Part shown: positions 21,452-31,616 of the stretch, piece after piece
Position numbering within the stretch: position 1 is the stretch's first letter
How the letters are laid out: every line of letters begins with the position of its first letter
Virus record (IMG/VR): IMGVR_UViG_3300028416_000485
DNA length: 64,000 nucleotides
Origin: a virus
Direction: 5' to 3' (one strand)
Program-made: the position numbers and the translations under genes
The notes under the pieces: generated by a model
Seen by the model: only the letters and a program-made list of their open reading frames with translations
Database searches by the model: none
What the model was told of the DNA's origin: nothing

Positions 21452-22706
21452 CTACTGTCATATAGTTAAATGCGGCTTGACTTTCGGCGGGTAATTTTAA
21501 TAGTTCGGTTGACCTGTTACTAGGATTCAACTCTACTATTCTATCAAAGTCATATGATCCTATTTTAAATACTTGTCCGTCTACTACAATGCCTAGTATT
21601 GTATCTTCTTTTGCTTTTTCTTCAACACTTACTCCAAACCCGTTGTTCTTTTTAACAAGTTTAGTTCTAAACTTTTTAGCACAACGCTTACAAGCAGTTG
21701 CCATATTTGCAAATGCAGGATCATTTGTTGTTTTAAATGTTTTTTTATCTATTTGTTTGGCTAAACTTGCCATATTATTAAGTTGTCCTACTGGATTTTC
21801 TTTGAATATAATATCTTTAGCTATTTGTTTACCTGCTTTGCTAGTAATATTTGGTTTGTTAAATATTTTTCCAACCAAGTTTGCTCCTACGTTTGCAGCA
21901 GCGCCGGACAATATATCTTGTAAGCCAGTTGGTAATCCGTTTACTGCTCCTGAAAGGTTTTTTGTAAAGTCTCCTATTCCTCTACTGAACTGATCAAACA
22001 CAGGACCTACACCTGGAATACCAGAAATAGCTGCTCCTAATCCGCTGGCTAGTTTTCCTGCCATATCTCCTAATGCACCCGATACTGCTCCAAGTGCATT
22101 TCCAATAGCGCCATCAATAGCACCTAATGCACTTCCTAATGCACCAGACAATCCTGTACTTGATAGCAAATCTCCCATTACACTAGGAAGTTTTCCTAAT
22201 AACCCACCAAGGAAAGATCCTGCTATACTACTTAATCCGCCTTGAACACCTTGTAAGAAACTATCTGCTATATATTCAACTGCATTAGTAGTTGTATCTT
22301 GTATTTCAGTTCTAACTTCTGCTGGATTAGCTGCGTTTGTGCCGCCTGCATACGTATCGACTACTACTTCTTCTCCGGCTGCATTATTTCCAGTGCGTTG
22401 TGCAGCAATTTCAGGAGTGTTTCCGGCTGCAAGAATAGCAGGACTAACAAATCCTAAATTTTCAACAAATGCTGCTGAGTTTCCTGCTAGTTTTCCTGCT
22501 AATGTTCCAAATACTGCGCCTGCGGCGCCTTGTAGTGCTCCTTCGAGATTGCCCTCGGCTATACCGCCAGCTATACCGCCAACAAGTGCTACTGTAGGCA
22601 AAGGTGCGTTAGCAATTGCCTGATTTATTCCTTGTACTCCTCGAGATATTGATTCCCTAATAATAGGATCAACTAACTGCGAGTTGTTTATTGCAAATGC
22701 TACCAT
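21447..22706 (-). CDS. Gly/Ala-rich hypothetical virion protein
   Basis: 419 aa with long GxxxG/glycine-zipper-like hydrophobic tracts. AGGAGG SD and a late promoter lie upstream. Confidence 0.6.
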   Translation of the reverse strand: MVAFAINNSQLVDPIIRESISRGVQGINQAIANAPLPTVALVGGIAGGIAEGNLEGALQGAAGAVFGTLAGKLAGNSAAFVENLGFVSPAILAAGNTPEIAAQRTGNNAAGEEVVVDTYAGGTNAANPAEVRTEIQDTTTNAVEYIADSFLQGVQGGLSSIAGSFLGGLLGKLPSVMGDLLSSTGLSGALGSALGAIDGAIGNALGAVSGALGDMAGKLASGLGAAISGIPGVGPVFDQFSRGIGDFTKNLSGAVNGLPTGLQDILSGAAANVGANLVGKIFNKPNITSKAGKQIAKDIIFKENPVGQLNNMASLAKQIDKKTFKTTNDPAFANMATACKRCAKKFRTKLVKKNNGFGVSVEEKAKEDTILGIVVDGQVFKIGSYDFDRIVELNPSNRSTELLKLPAESQAAFNYMTVG

Positions 22707-22722
22707 AATGCCCTCCTAGTAG

Positions 22723-22730
22723 TATTTATA
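22723..22730 (-). promoter_or_regulatory. Late promoter, perfect TATAAATA, overlapping the stop of the gp5-like gene
   Basis: Exact T4 late consensus. Confidence 0.7.
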
Positions 22731-24225
22731 AGTCGTTCATTAGAGTTCGATCTGTATGAACAGGGCGTTCGTCCATATGCACGTCTTGACTTTCTGTATC
22801 AACTGCTTCAGTTTTATCAGGTGCTGTTTCTATTGGGTTCCAGTTTTCGTGTCCATTCCAAGGCTCGTGTTGCGGAACACGTTGCGGAAACTTTGCTTTA
22901 ACTGCATCTGCGGCTGCTTCTGCTGCTGGCCCATTAAGATTGATATCGCCTCCAGAGATTGTTGTATTTGCTGCTCCGATAGAAAAGTTTCCTCCGGCAG
23001 TGTTTTTAAATGCGCCGCCACTTTTGATGTTCATTTCTGCGCCGGCTGAGATATTTCCATTGGCACCAACTTTTATTTCCATATTTCCAGCAGCACTTTG
23101 ATGTATACTTCCATTTACAATCATATTAATGTTTCTACCAGCTTCAAAGTTAATATCTCTATCAGCAACAAAGTTAAAATCTGTTTCAGTGTGAAAACTA
23201 ATACTATCTTTAGCATAAACATCAAGTTTGCCGTTGCTTGTCATTTCTATCCAAGCGGTTCCTCTGCTATTATTAATATATATTAGATCTTCGCTGGTGT
23301 TAATCATTATTTGCGCACCAGTGCGTGTTCTAAAGCGTATCATTTCGTTTGCAGGTCTAGTCACATCGCCGCCGGCTTCACTAGATTCTTTGTTTAGGTA
23401 TTTGTAGGGAGTATCTTCAGGCGAACCTTCTCTTATAAGTTTATCATCGCCGTCATCAATGACAAAGCTACTACTGCCTAAGCGACTTACATGTACTGTT
23501 GCTTGGCTTTCTTTTATACCTATTCTTCCTTGCGGTGAACCTCCACGCTTGTCGACAGGGCCTGGACTACTTAATCCAACCACTGCACTTGGAAATTCAC
23601 GTTGCGCACTACTAGTTGTTATTCCTCTGATATCATCTTCAACTAATCCTTGCTCTTTTAGAGACGCAATAAAATCTTCGTTGATAGGTCTTTTGTATTT
23701 TACAGGATTATTAGTTTGTATTTTTGTTATTTTTTTATTATATTCTCCAGCTGGTAGTTTTTTACCTTTTAGTTCTGTTGGAACTGGGCCGCTAGTTTGT
23801 TCAGTACTAGGTTGTCCACCAGGTAACATAAATGTCATACCTCTTTCAGGTACACATCCAAACCAATACCCAAAATCTCTACTTCCTTCAACAAATGTAC
23901 ACAACACCAATGTTCCAGGATCTGGAGGAATAGCCCAAAACCCATAACTTTTTTGTGTGTTTGAATATGTGTCGTTTTTTCCTAAATGCTGCGCTCCTGT
24001 AACTCCATAAAATGGACTTGCATAGTAGACTATTGAAGTTTGTCCTAATGTTTCGCCTGCTGTGCCTGCTTCGCTTATTTTTAGAAGCTCAACTTCTAAT
24101 GCTCCAAGATATAAAGGATCAGCATGTTTGATAACTCTAGCCAAATAAGTGCCTGGTGTTGAATCATTTTGACCACTATCAACTGATCTTGTTTGTTCTG
24201 CTTTTATTGGTCCGTTGTTTTGCAT
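22726..24225 (-). CDS. Baseplate central spike, gp5/VgrG-like (OB fold plus beta-helix repeats), no lysozyme domain evident
   Basis: N-terminal YLARVIKHADP..LG.LEV, SYGFWAIPPD.GT.VL..FVEG..GYWFGC, and C-terminal repeats (INFEAGRNINM, MEIKVGANGNISAG, INLNG). Confidence 0.7.
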   Translation of the reverse strand: MQNNGPIKAEQTRSVDSGQNDSTPGTYLARVIKHADPLYLGALEVELLKISEAGTAGETLGQTSIVYYASPFYGVTGAQHLGKNDTYSNTQKSYGFWAIPPDPGTLVLCTFVEGSRDFGYWFGCVPERGMTFMLPGGQPSTEQTSGPVPTELKGKKLPAGEYNKKITKIQTNNPVKYKRPINEDFIASLKEQGLVEDDIRGITTSSAQREFPSAVVGLSSPGPVDKRGGSPQGRIGIKESQATVHVSRLGSSSFVIDDGDDKLIREGSPEDTPYKYLNKESSEAGGDVTRPANEMIRFRTRTGAQIMINTSEDLIYINNSRGTAWIEMTSNGKLDVYAKDSISFHTETDFNFVADRDINFEAGRNINMIVNGSIHQSAAGNMEIKVGANGNISAGAEMNIKSGGAFKNTAGGNFSIGAANTTISGGDINLNGPAAEAAADAVKAKFPQRVPQHEPWNGHENWNPIETAPDKTEAVDTESQDVHMDERPVHTDRTLMNDL

Positions 24226-26571
24226 TTAACTATTAAATCCTGTGTTTACTTGACTTGCTCTATTAGCATCTTTTACTTTATTTGCTTGATCTGAAGTTCC
24301 TGATGTATTTGTATCTTCGGGTTGTCCTCGTCTTCTTAGTAGTGTAAGCTCTTGTGTAAACATATTTCGTTGAATTTTGTTTTCAATAGCAGTTACTCTA
24401 TATAATCCATTAAACTGAGATACAGGAACTGTATCTTCTGGATAAATCATTCCTCCAGTATCTGGATTGTAATCTATTGGAGTTCTAAAGTTTAATATAA
24501 CATCAACTTCACTACGTTGATAATCAACTTGTCCTCCAGCAGTAGTGTTTAAATCGCCAGCTTCGTCGGTCCAGTTACCCATACCACTGTCAACTATAAA
24601 ATAAGGATCTCCAAATATTTCAAGTTTAACTTCAACTAAGTCAACACTACCGTTTCCTAGTATTTGATCGTGAAATTTACGTGCCCATCTTATTTTACTA
24701 TTATCAATACCAGCTCCGCCGCCACCTTGGGTGCTACTAGAGTTTACAAATCCTTGTGTAGCTAACCCAGTTGAGCTATTTGCTCCCGAAGGTTGAATAT
24801 TTAATCCTAACTGAGAAGGCTTTGTCTGAGTAAGATTAAACTGTGTTCCTCCAGTTTTTGCATCAATACTTAGTTGTCCACTATCGGGTTGTATAAACTG
24901 AAAAAATGCTGCTTTGAAGCTTATATCAAACCTAACAATATCAGTATTTTCTCCACTGTAAATGTAATTGTACTCTTTTTTTGCATTTTGTCTTAGGCTG
25001 TTGTAGTCTACACCTGCTGCTCCAGCGTTTTGAAAGTGACTACTATGTACTTTATACTCTACAACTTTGTAATGATTTACTTTTGCATCTTCTCCAAACA
25101 CATTTTCTTGTTGTGCATTTGGTTTTAGGTAACTTTCTGCATCTATTCTAAACCACGGAACCATTCCGTTTTCATCAGGCGCTCTTTCTTTTATAGATTT
25201 GCCCCAATCGCTTGTTAATATTACATCTTCAATTATTTTTAGTATCGATGTTCCAGAACCATAGTTGAAAACTCTTTCATCATTACTGACAGTATTCTTA
25301 GCACGAGTCATAACTTTATTTCTCTTGTCATAAACTTGCCCTGTTTGAGGCATTGGCACTGTTCCGCTTTCTTCTGCTCCTGAAATAATTCTTGCAGAGC
25401 CAAGATTATTTAAACTAGCAGGATCCTGTGCTATTGATGATAACTTTTCTCCGATACTACTTTTTGTTAATACCTGGCCTGTAATCATACTCAAGAATGC
25501 TTCAAAGTTTTGCGGTGCTTGCGCTCCTAAAAATCCACTAATGTTTTCAAAAAGTCCTTGTATGTTTCCTGATTTAAAATTTGATAATAACCCTCCAAGA
25601 CTTTTATCAAGTCCGCCTGCTATTCCTCCTAATACATCATTAAAACTATCTTTTAAACTGTTGCCGCCAAGTACTCCGCCTACAACGCCTCCTACAACAC
25701 CAGCTGCTACTGCACCAAATATTTTTCCGCCTTTGCCGCCACCGCCTCCGCCGCCTCCGCCGCTGCGAGACGCAGTAGTAGCGCCTGCATCGCTTGTATT
25801 CGGTATTCTTGAAGGATTACCAGAAGACGCAATATCTTTTGGAAATGTAATAACTATTTCTGATGCTTCTGCTATTTGATTTGCTTTTCGAAGTTCTTCA
25901 TAATGTCCATTAATAATAGTTGTTAAACTTTGTTCGCCACTTTGTAGTAGTTTTTCAACAGTATTGCCTGTTAGTGCTATATCAACTGGACTTGATGTTG
26001 CATCATCAAGATATGCTTGTTCATTCCATGGCAATGCTTCAACTGTATATGTTGTACCACCTTGGTTTACTTCAAACTCTATGTTTGTTAGTTTAATAGG
26101 AACATCTCTACGAAGATTTAATCCTGATTCTGTAACAATAACATCTCCATCGTCGTCATATCCAATAAACTCCATTGATAACATAAATGGAGCGTTAGCA
26201 TAGTTCTGAAATCCACTCATAGTTGCAGCTATTTGACAAGTTTGTAAGAATAATCCCATACTATATGGTTCTTCAACTGTAAAAGTTATAAATGTAGCGT
26301 TTGTACTACGTGATTTTGAGTTTGGAACACATAATGCTTCGATATTAACATTATCAATAAAATATTCTAGCTTGCCGCCAATAATATCTTCGTATTCAGT
26401 TGTGACTTTGTTGTCGCCGGCGCCGCCGCCGCTTCTAAGAATAACATTTTGAGGACCGTATGCTCTATAGGTTTCATTAGGTACAGCAATCTCATCTCTT
26501 GTCAAACAAGACATTGTAAATATAGTATTGAAACTAGAAAACTGATGTAGACTGTTTGTTTCTATAGACAT
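24226..26571 (-). CDS. Baseplate hub protein (gp27/tail-hub-like) with Gly-rich insertion
   Basis: Lies between the gp53-like and gp5-like genes. C-terminal LEIFGDPYF...FNGLYRVTAIENKI..NMFTQELTL resembles hub proteins. Confidence 0.55.
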   Translation of the reverse strand: MSIETNSLHQFSSFNTIFTMSCLTRDEIAVPNETYRAYGPQNVILRSGGGAGDNKVTTEYEDIIGGKLEYFIDNVNIEALCVPNSKSRSTNATFITFTVEEPYSMGLFLQTCQIAATMSGFQNYANAPFMLSMEFIGYDDDGDVIVTESGLNLRRDVPIKLTNIEFEVNQGGTTYTVEALPWNEQAYLDDATSSPVDIALTGNTVEKLLQSGEQSLTTIINGHYEELRKANQIAEASEIVITFPKDIASSGNPSRIPNTSDAGATTASRSGGGGGGGGGKGGKIFGAVAAGVVGGVVGGVLGGNSLKDSFNDVLGGIAGGLDKSLGGLLSNFKSGNIQGLFENISGFLGAQAPQNFEAFLSMITGQVLTKSSIGEKLSSIAQDPASLNNLGSARIISGAEESGTVPMPQTGQVYDKRNKVMTRAKNTVSNDERVFNYGSGTSILKIIEDVILTSDWGKSIKERAPDENGMVPWFRIDAESYLKPNAQQENVFGEDAKVNHYKVVEYKVHSSHFQNAGAAGVDYNSLRQNAKKEYNYIYSGENTDIVRFDISFKAAFFQFIQPDSGQLSIDAKTGGTQFNLTQTKPSQLGLNIQPSGANSSTGLATQGFVNSSSTQGGGGAGIDNSKIRWARKFHDQILGNGSVDLVEVKLEIFGDPYFIVDSGMGNWTDEAGDLNTTAGGQVDYQRSEVDVILNFRTPIDYNPDTGGMIYPEDTVPVSQFNGLYRVTAIENKIQRNMFTQELTLLRRRGQPEDTNTSGTSDQANKVKDANRASQVNTGFNS

Positions 26572-26873
26572 TAGATTCCTAACTCTGTTTTTAACTTAGA
26601 TTTTTTAGGTAAAAATATTTTAGTGCCTGCTTCAAAGTCAAACACAGGATCTTTTATTATATCCATGTTTCTTTGAGCAAAAACCCACCATAACTTTGGC
26701 GTATTATACAAATCGTATGCTAGTAAATCAGGACGATGCGAATATTGAGGTTCAATAGTATAAAGAATATCATCATCTTCTGCTGGCACGGGTCTAATAG
26801 AGAAAATACCTAACTCTCCAGTACTTGTAAGTTTTGTGTTTCCATAAGGACTAGTTTTTCCGTAGTTTGCCAT
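26571..26873 (-). CDS. Baseplate wedge protein, gp53/LysM-like
   Basis: YSHRPDLLAYDLY.TPKLWWVFAQRN...DP.FDF.AG.KIFLP. Confidence 0.7.
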   Translation of the reverse strand: MANYGKTSPYGNTKLTSTGELGIFSIRPVPAEDDDILYTIEPQYSHRPDLLAYDLYNTPKLWWVFAQRNMDIIKDPVFDFEAGTKIFLPKKSKLKTELGI

Positions 26874-27661
26874 TAGATAAATCCTTTATTTGCTATATTA
26901 CCATTAATAAACTGATCCATATTAAAACTTGACACTTTGCTTCTGCTGTATGTTGGTTTTAATGTTAAACTTAATGAACTCATTGTCGGAACCATTTGAT
27001 ATGTTGATGAATATTCTCCAAATGATCCTGTGTTTACTTTAATATAATCAATTTCATCAGCTAAATCAAATGTAAACTGTGTAACCACAGTAGGAACATT
27101 ATTTAAAACATAATCTCCATATCCACTTAGTTTTACAACAGGCGGAGGAGATCCTTTTTCGCTACTTTCGCCATAAAACATCTTAGTTAAACTTCTAAAC
27201 AGATGAACACAAGCAACCCAATACATTCCGTCTTGTTCAGACTGCACTGGAAATCTTCCAACGATGCTTATATCTTCATGCCTACTATTAACATACTGAG
27301 GAAAAGGATAATTACTATGTGTAGGAGACATTTCATCGTAGTTTGCTACTGTTACAAGACTTATTGTTGGCGTAACTGGAAAAACAGCATACCAATCTGT
27401 TTGTGCTAAAGGAGCTAGTATAGGACTGTATCTATAAGTAGATAATGTAGGAACTTTTATTTTAACTCGCCAATCTGGAACTGAATCGTTGGTTGGAGCA
27501 AAACGTGCAGTTGTTGCTGAACCTCTATCCGGCTCAGCACCTGGTGGTAATAATCTCGATCGTATTGATTTTCCAACACTCGATCTGTTTGCAAAGAATG
27601 TGTTGTTAATATTTCTAGTACCAACTGTGTTTGGTACTGATTGATTTGGTTTTCTTGCCAT
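26873..27661 (-). CDS. Tail tube initiator/baseplate-tube junction protein (gp48/gp54-like)
   Basis: FPVTPTI, GSPPPVVKLSGYG..VLNNVPTVVTQF pattern typical of tube-initiator proteins; first gene of the baseplate operon. Confidence 0.55.
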   Translation of the reverse strand: MARKPNQSVPNTVGTRNINNTFFANRSSVGKSIRSRLLPPGAEPDRGSATTARFAPTNDSVPDWRVKIKVPTLSTYRYSPILAPLAQTDWYAVFPVTPTISLVTVANYDEMSPTHSNYPFPQYVNSRHEDISIVGRFPVQSEQDGMYWVACVHLFRSLTKMFYGESSEKGSPPPVVKLSGYGDYVLNNVPTVVTQFTFDLADEIDYIKVNTGSFGEYSSTYQMVPTMSSLSLTLKPTYSRSKVSSFNMDQFINGNIANKGFI

Positions 27662-27678
27662 TGTAAACTCCTACATAC

Positions 27679-27686
27679 TATTTAGT
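27679..27686 (-). promoter_or_regulatory. Late promoter candidate (ACTAAATA) for the baseplate operon
   Basis: TAAATA core upstream of the AGGAG SD and ATG at 27661; back to back with the sigma70 -35 element. Confidence 0.5.
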
Positions 27687-27714
27687 TGACAAAATAAACT
27701 ATGTATATTATAAT
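27686..27714 (+). promoter_or_regulatory. Consensus sigma70 promoter TTGACA-17-TATAAT driving the late sigma gene
   Basis: TTGACA 27686-27691, 17-nt spacer, TATAAT 27709-27714, then AAGGAG SD. Confidence 0.85.
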
Positions 27715-27733
27715 ATAATAAAGGAGTCGATAA

Positions 27734-28564
27734 ATGGCTAGAAAAGTAAACTATCTCAACAACAAAGACATGTTATTAGAGATACACCGAAGTAAGGCTA
27801 CGTTTTGTAGTTATATTGCACCCGAACATGCTGATTATGATATTATTTTACCTAGTGTAGATAAAATTAACATTAGAACTATTGCAGAAGCAAAGAGAAA
27901 TAAAGCAAAACTGCAAGGATCTCGTGCATACGAAGCAGCAAAAGCAGCTGGTAAAAAGGTAAAGATGGCAGAGTTTGCTGTGGACTATAGAAAGATTGAA
28001 AAAAACGAACTAATCTTCCGTATTATGACATTTGATCATGTTCCAGACGAACCTGGACGTAAGAAGAATCCTAAAACAGTTGCAGATCACAAAACTAAAC
28101 TAAACTTTCCTCCATTTCAACATTATAAGTTTGATGACGAAGACAATATTATTTGTGTAGGTAAAAGTCACTGGGAAGGTGGAATGGAAAATGGTTATTT
28201 CAACAAAGGGCACGGCATGGCAACCAACAAACTTGCTATGATGTGGTTAAAACTTGTTGATCGGTACGCTACAAGAGGCAATGTGCGTGGATACACCTAT
28301 AACGACGAGATGAAAGGTCAAGCAATCCTCCAACTATCGCAGATTGGACTACAGTTTGACGAATCAAAGTCAAATAATCCCTTTGCATACTACACTGCTG
28401 TGGTTACTAACTCGTTTGTACGTGTAATCAACATCGAAAAACGTGCGCAGAACATACGTGATGACATTTTAGAAATGAATGACATGAATCCTTCACACAC
28501 TAGACTGCACAGCGGCGAATGGGAAGCTGCTGTGAAGCGCGAAGAAGGTGCTACCAAAAAATAA
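27734..28564 (+). CDS. gp55: Late-transcription sigma factor, T4 gp55-like
   Basis: N-terminal NYLNNKDML and C-terminal RGYTYNDEMKGQAILQL....FDESKSNNPFAYYT..V.NSF.R.I..EK. Adjacent to gp47/gp46 as in T4-like phages. Confidence 0.8.
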   Translation: MARKVNYLNNKDMLLEIHRSKATFCSYIAPEHADYDIILPSVDKINIRTIAEAKRNKAKLQGSRAYEAAKAAGKKVKMAEFAVDYRKIEKNELIFRIMTFDHVPDEPGRKKNPKTVADHKTKLNFPPFQHYKFDDEDNIICVGKSHWEGGMENGYFNKGHGMATNKLAMMWLKLVDRYATRGNVRGYTYNDEMKGQAILQLSQIGLQFDESKSNNPFAYYTAVVTNSFVRVINIEKRAQNIRDDILEMNDMNPSHTRLHSGEWEAAVKREEGATKK

Positions 28565-28567
28565 AGG

Positions 28568-28596
28568 TTGATCTTCTAGAAATTTTAGTTTATAAT
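28568..28596 (+). promoter_or_regulatory. Sigma70 promoter TTGATC-17-TATAAT
   Basis: Near-consensus elements with 17-nt spacing upstream of gp47. Confidence 0.7.
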
Positions 28597-28618
28597 ATAC
28601 AGGAAATGGAGAATATTC

Positions 28619-29632
28619 TTGTTTAACAAAGCGGCAGTGTTTACTGACATACACTTAGGTATGAAAGGCAACTCTCGAGTTCACAATCAGGACTGCGAGG
28701 ACTATATTGACTGGTATATCGAACAAGCTAAGGCTCACGGATGTGAAACTGGCTTGTTTTGTGGCGACTGGCACCATAATAGAAACAGTCTTAACCTTAC
28801 AACTATGGATACAACTATTAGACTACTAGAAAAACTAGGTGCTGCCTTTGAAAACTTTTATATGTTTGCTGGTAACCACGACTTGTACTACAAAGACAAG
28901 CGTGATATCAGTTCAACTGAGTTTGCAAGACACATACCGGGCATTACCGTAATAGATCAAATGATGGTCCAAGACGATGTTGCACTGGTTCCGTGGTTAG
29001 TTGGCGACGAGTGGAAGAAGATCGAAAAGTTAAAAGCAAAATACTTGTTTGGTCACTTCGAACTCCCATCGTTTTATATGAACGCTATGGTACAGATGCC
29101 AGACCACGGAGAACTAAAAGCTGAACACTTCAAGAATCAAGAGTATGTGTTCAGTGGACACTTCCACAAGCGTCAGAAACAAGGAAAGGTACATTACATT
29201 GGTAATGCTTTTCCACACAACTACGCAGATGCGTGGGACGATGCACGTGGTATGATGATACTGGACAAAGAAAATGATGTAGAACCATTGTACATCGACT
29301 GGACAGAGTGTCCTAAGTACCGTACAGTCAAGCTATCAAAGCTGATCGACGAGAAAGATACTCTTATCAAGCCAAACATGTATCTCAGGGTTACACTTGA
29401 CATTGATATCAGCTACGAAGAAGCAACTTTTATCAAAGAAACCTTTATGGAAACATATAGTTGCAGAGAAATAACACTTATTCCAAACAAAAACATCGAA
29501 GATATTACAACCGACCTTGACATTGAACAGTTTGAGAGTGTGGATCAGATTGTAAGCAACGAGATACAAGCAATCGACAGTGAACAGTTTAACAAAAAAC
29601 TATTATTAGACATATATAACGAGCTAACATGA
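28619..29632 (+). CDS. gp47: Recombination endonuclease subunit, gp47/Mre11/SbcD-like
   Basis: Metallophosphoesterase motifs DIHLG, GDWHH, GNHD, GHFE, SGHFH. TTG start with GGAG SD. Confidence 0.9.
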   Translation: MFNKAAVFTDIHLGMKGNSRVHNQDCEDYIDWYIEQAKAHGCETGLFCGDWHHNRNSLNLTTMDTTIRLLEKLGAAFENFYMFAGNHDLYYKDKRDISSTEFARHIPGITVIDQMMVQDDVALVPWLVGDEWKKIEKLKAKYLFGHFELPSFYMNAMVQMPDHGELKAEHFKNQEYVFSGHFHKRQKQGKVHYIGNAFPHNYADAWDDARGMMILDKENDVEPLYIDWTECPKYRTVKLSKLIDEKDTLIKPNMYLRVTLDIDISYEEATFIKETFMETYSCREITLIPNKNIEDITTDLDIEQFESVDQIVSNEIQAIDSEQFNKKLLLDIYNELT

Positions 29633-31407
29633 TTAAGATACAAGACTTAACCGTAAAAAACTTTATGAGTGTGGGTAATGTTACCCAGGCTGTTGACTTT
29701 AACAAAGAACAACTAACACTTGTACTAGGAGAGAACTTAGACCAAGGCGGAGATGACACTGGATCACGTAATGGTACAGGTAAGACTACTATCATTAATG
29801 CATTAAGCTATGCATTGTATGGTACAGCTCTTACAAACATCAAACGCAACAACTTGATCAACAAAACTAACAGTAAAGGCATGCTAGTCACTCTTAACTT
29901 TAGTATAGGTGCTAACCAATACCGTATTGAGCGTGGTAGATCTCCAAATGTACTCAAGTTTTACGTAAACAATCACGAGCAGAAGGACGATTTACACGAC
30001 GAATCACAAGGTGATAGCCGTAAAACACAAGAAGATATTAATAGTTTGCTTGATATGACTCACGACATGTTTAAACACGTGGTTGCACTCAATACTTACA
30101 CAGAACCTTTCCTAAGTATGCGAGCAAACGATCAACGTGCTATTATTGAGCAGTTGTTGGGCATTACCATACTTACTGAGAAGGCAGATAACTTAAAAGA
30201 AAAAGTAAAACAAACAAAAGATGCCATTACAGAAGAAACATTAAAGATTAATGCCATTGAAGCTGCAAATAAAAAGATTGAACAGAGTATTGAAACACTT
30301 GCAGGCAGACAACGTGCTTGGCAAAGCAAAAGTAGGCAAGACCAAGGAAAACTAGCAACAGGCATCGAAGAATTAGAAAAACTAGACATTGAAGCTGAAC
30401 TTGATGCGCATGAAAAACTAGCTAACTGGACTGAACACAACAATAAAATAACCTCTTTAAGGAAGGAGTTAAGCACACTCGAACCTGCACTACGGCGTGC
30501 CACTACTAGTGTTGAAAAGGTTAATAAAGACATCTTAGAATTAAAAGATGCAACATGTTATACCTGTGGACAAGAGCTACATGCAGACAAAAAAGCCGAG
30601 ATTGAATCACGAAAAGTGCAAGAACTTGACGATGCAGTTGCATATCAAGGCGAAGTTTCAAGTAAACTGAGCACAACTATGCAGTTATTAGAAGAAATAG
30701 GCGATATCAACGGCAAGCCTACTACTTTTTACGAAAATGCAAAAGAAGCATACGAACATCGTAACAATGTAGACAATTTACGCAATACTTTGATAAGTAA
30801 ACAGCAAGAAGAAGATCCTTATCAAACACAGATTGACGATTTAACAGAAACAGCACTACAAGTTATTGACTGGGAACCAGTTAATCAACTTACATTACTC
30901 AAAGAACACCAAGAGTTTTTGCTAAAACTGTTAACAAACAAAGACTCGTTCATTCGTAAAAAGATTATAGATCAAAACTTAGCGTACTTGAACAACAGGC
31001 TCACATACTATCTTGATAAACTAGGCTTACCACATCAAGTTCAGTTTCAAAATGATTTATCTACTGAGATTACTCAGTTAGGACAGGATTTAGACTTTGA
31101 TAACTTGAGCAGAGGCGAACGTAACAGGCTAATACTAGGCATGAGCTGGGCATTTAGAGATGTTTGGGAGTCGTTGTACCAAGGTATCAACCTATTGTTT
31201 ATTGACGAGCTCATTGATAGCGGTATGGATACTGCTGGTGTTGAATCAGCACTTGCTGTACTGAAGAAAATGGGCAGAGAACGTAGTAAAAATGTTTTTT
31301 TAATCTCACACAAAGACGAATTGATAGGTAGAGTTAACCATGTTATGAAAGTTATCAAAGAAAACGGCTTTACTAGTTACGAAAATGATATTGATATTAT
31401 AGACTAA
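29629..31407 (+). CDS. gp46: Recombination ATPase subunit, gp46/Rad50/SbcC-like
   Basis: Walker A NGTGKT, coiled coil with CYTC zinc hook, signature LSRGE, Walker B LLFIDE, ISH. Confidence 0.92.
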   Translation: MIKIQDLTVKNFMSVGNVTQAVDFNKEQLTLVLGENLDQGGDDTGSRNGTGKTTIINALSYALYGTALTNIKRNNLINKTNSKGMLVTLNFSIGANQYRIERGRSPNVLKFYVNNHEQKDDLHDESQGDSRKTQEDINSLLDMTHDMFKHVVALNTYTEPFLSMRANDQRAIIEQLLGITILTEKADNLKEKVKQTKDAITEETLKINAIEAANKKIEQSIETLAGRQRAWQSKSRQDQGKLATGIEELEKLDIEAELDAHEKLANWTEHNNKITSLRKELSTLEPALRRATTSVEKVNKDILELKDATCYTCGQELHADKKAEIESRKVQELDDAVAYQGEVSSKLSTTMQLLEEIGDINGKPTTFYENAKEAYEHRNNVDNLRNTLISKQQEEDPYQTQIDDLTETALQVIDWEPVNQLTLLKEHQEFLLKLLTNKDSFIRKKIIDQNLAYLNNRLTYYLDKLGLPHQVQFQNDLSTEITQLGQDLDFDNLSRGERNRLILGMSWAFRDVWESLYQGINLLFIDELIDSGMDTAGVESALAVLKKMGRERSKNVFLISHKDELIGRVNHVMKVIKENGFTSYENDIDIID

Positions 31408-31616
31408 TGAACGATACTCACGACCAGATAATGCAAGCCGTATTAAGTTACTTGAAGGCTAGTGAAACATTCGAAAGAAGACCAAGCGAAAGTACAAAAC
31501 GTACTGCTCGAAGAGAACTAAGATTGCTGATCGGTTTAGCAAAGCAAAGACAAGACGAAATCATAAACAAATATGAAAGTCATATGATTGATTTACGTAG
31601 TAGGAGAGATAAATGA
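31407..31616 (+). CDS. Small helical hypothetical protein
   Basis: 69 aa, overlaps the stops/starts of both neighbours (coupled). Confidence 0.6.
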   Translation: MNDTHDQIMQAVLSYLKASETFERRPSESTKRTARRELRLLIGLAKQRQDEIINKYESHMIDLRSRRDK

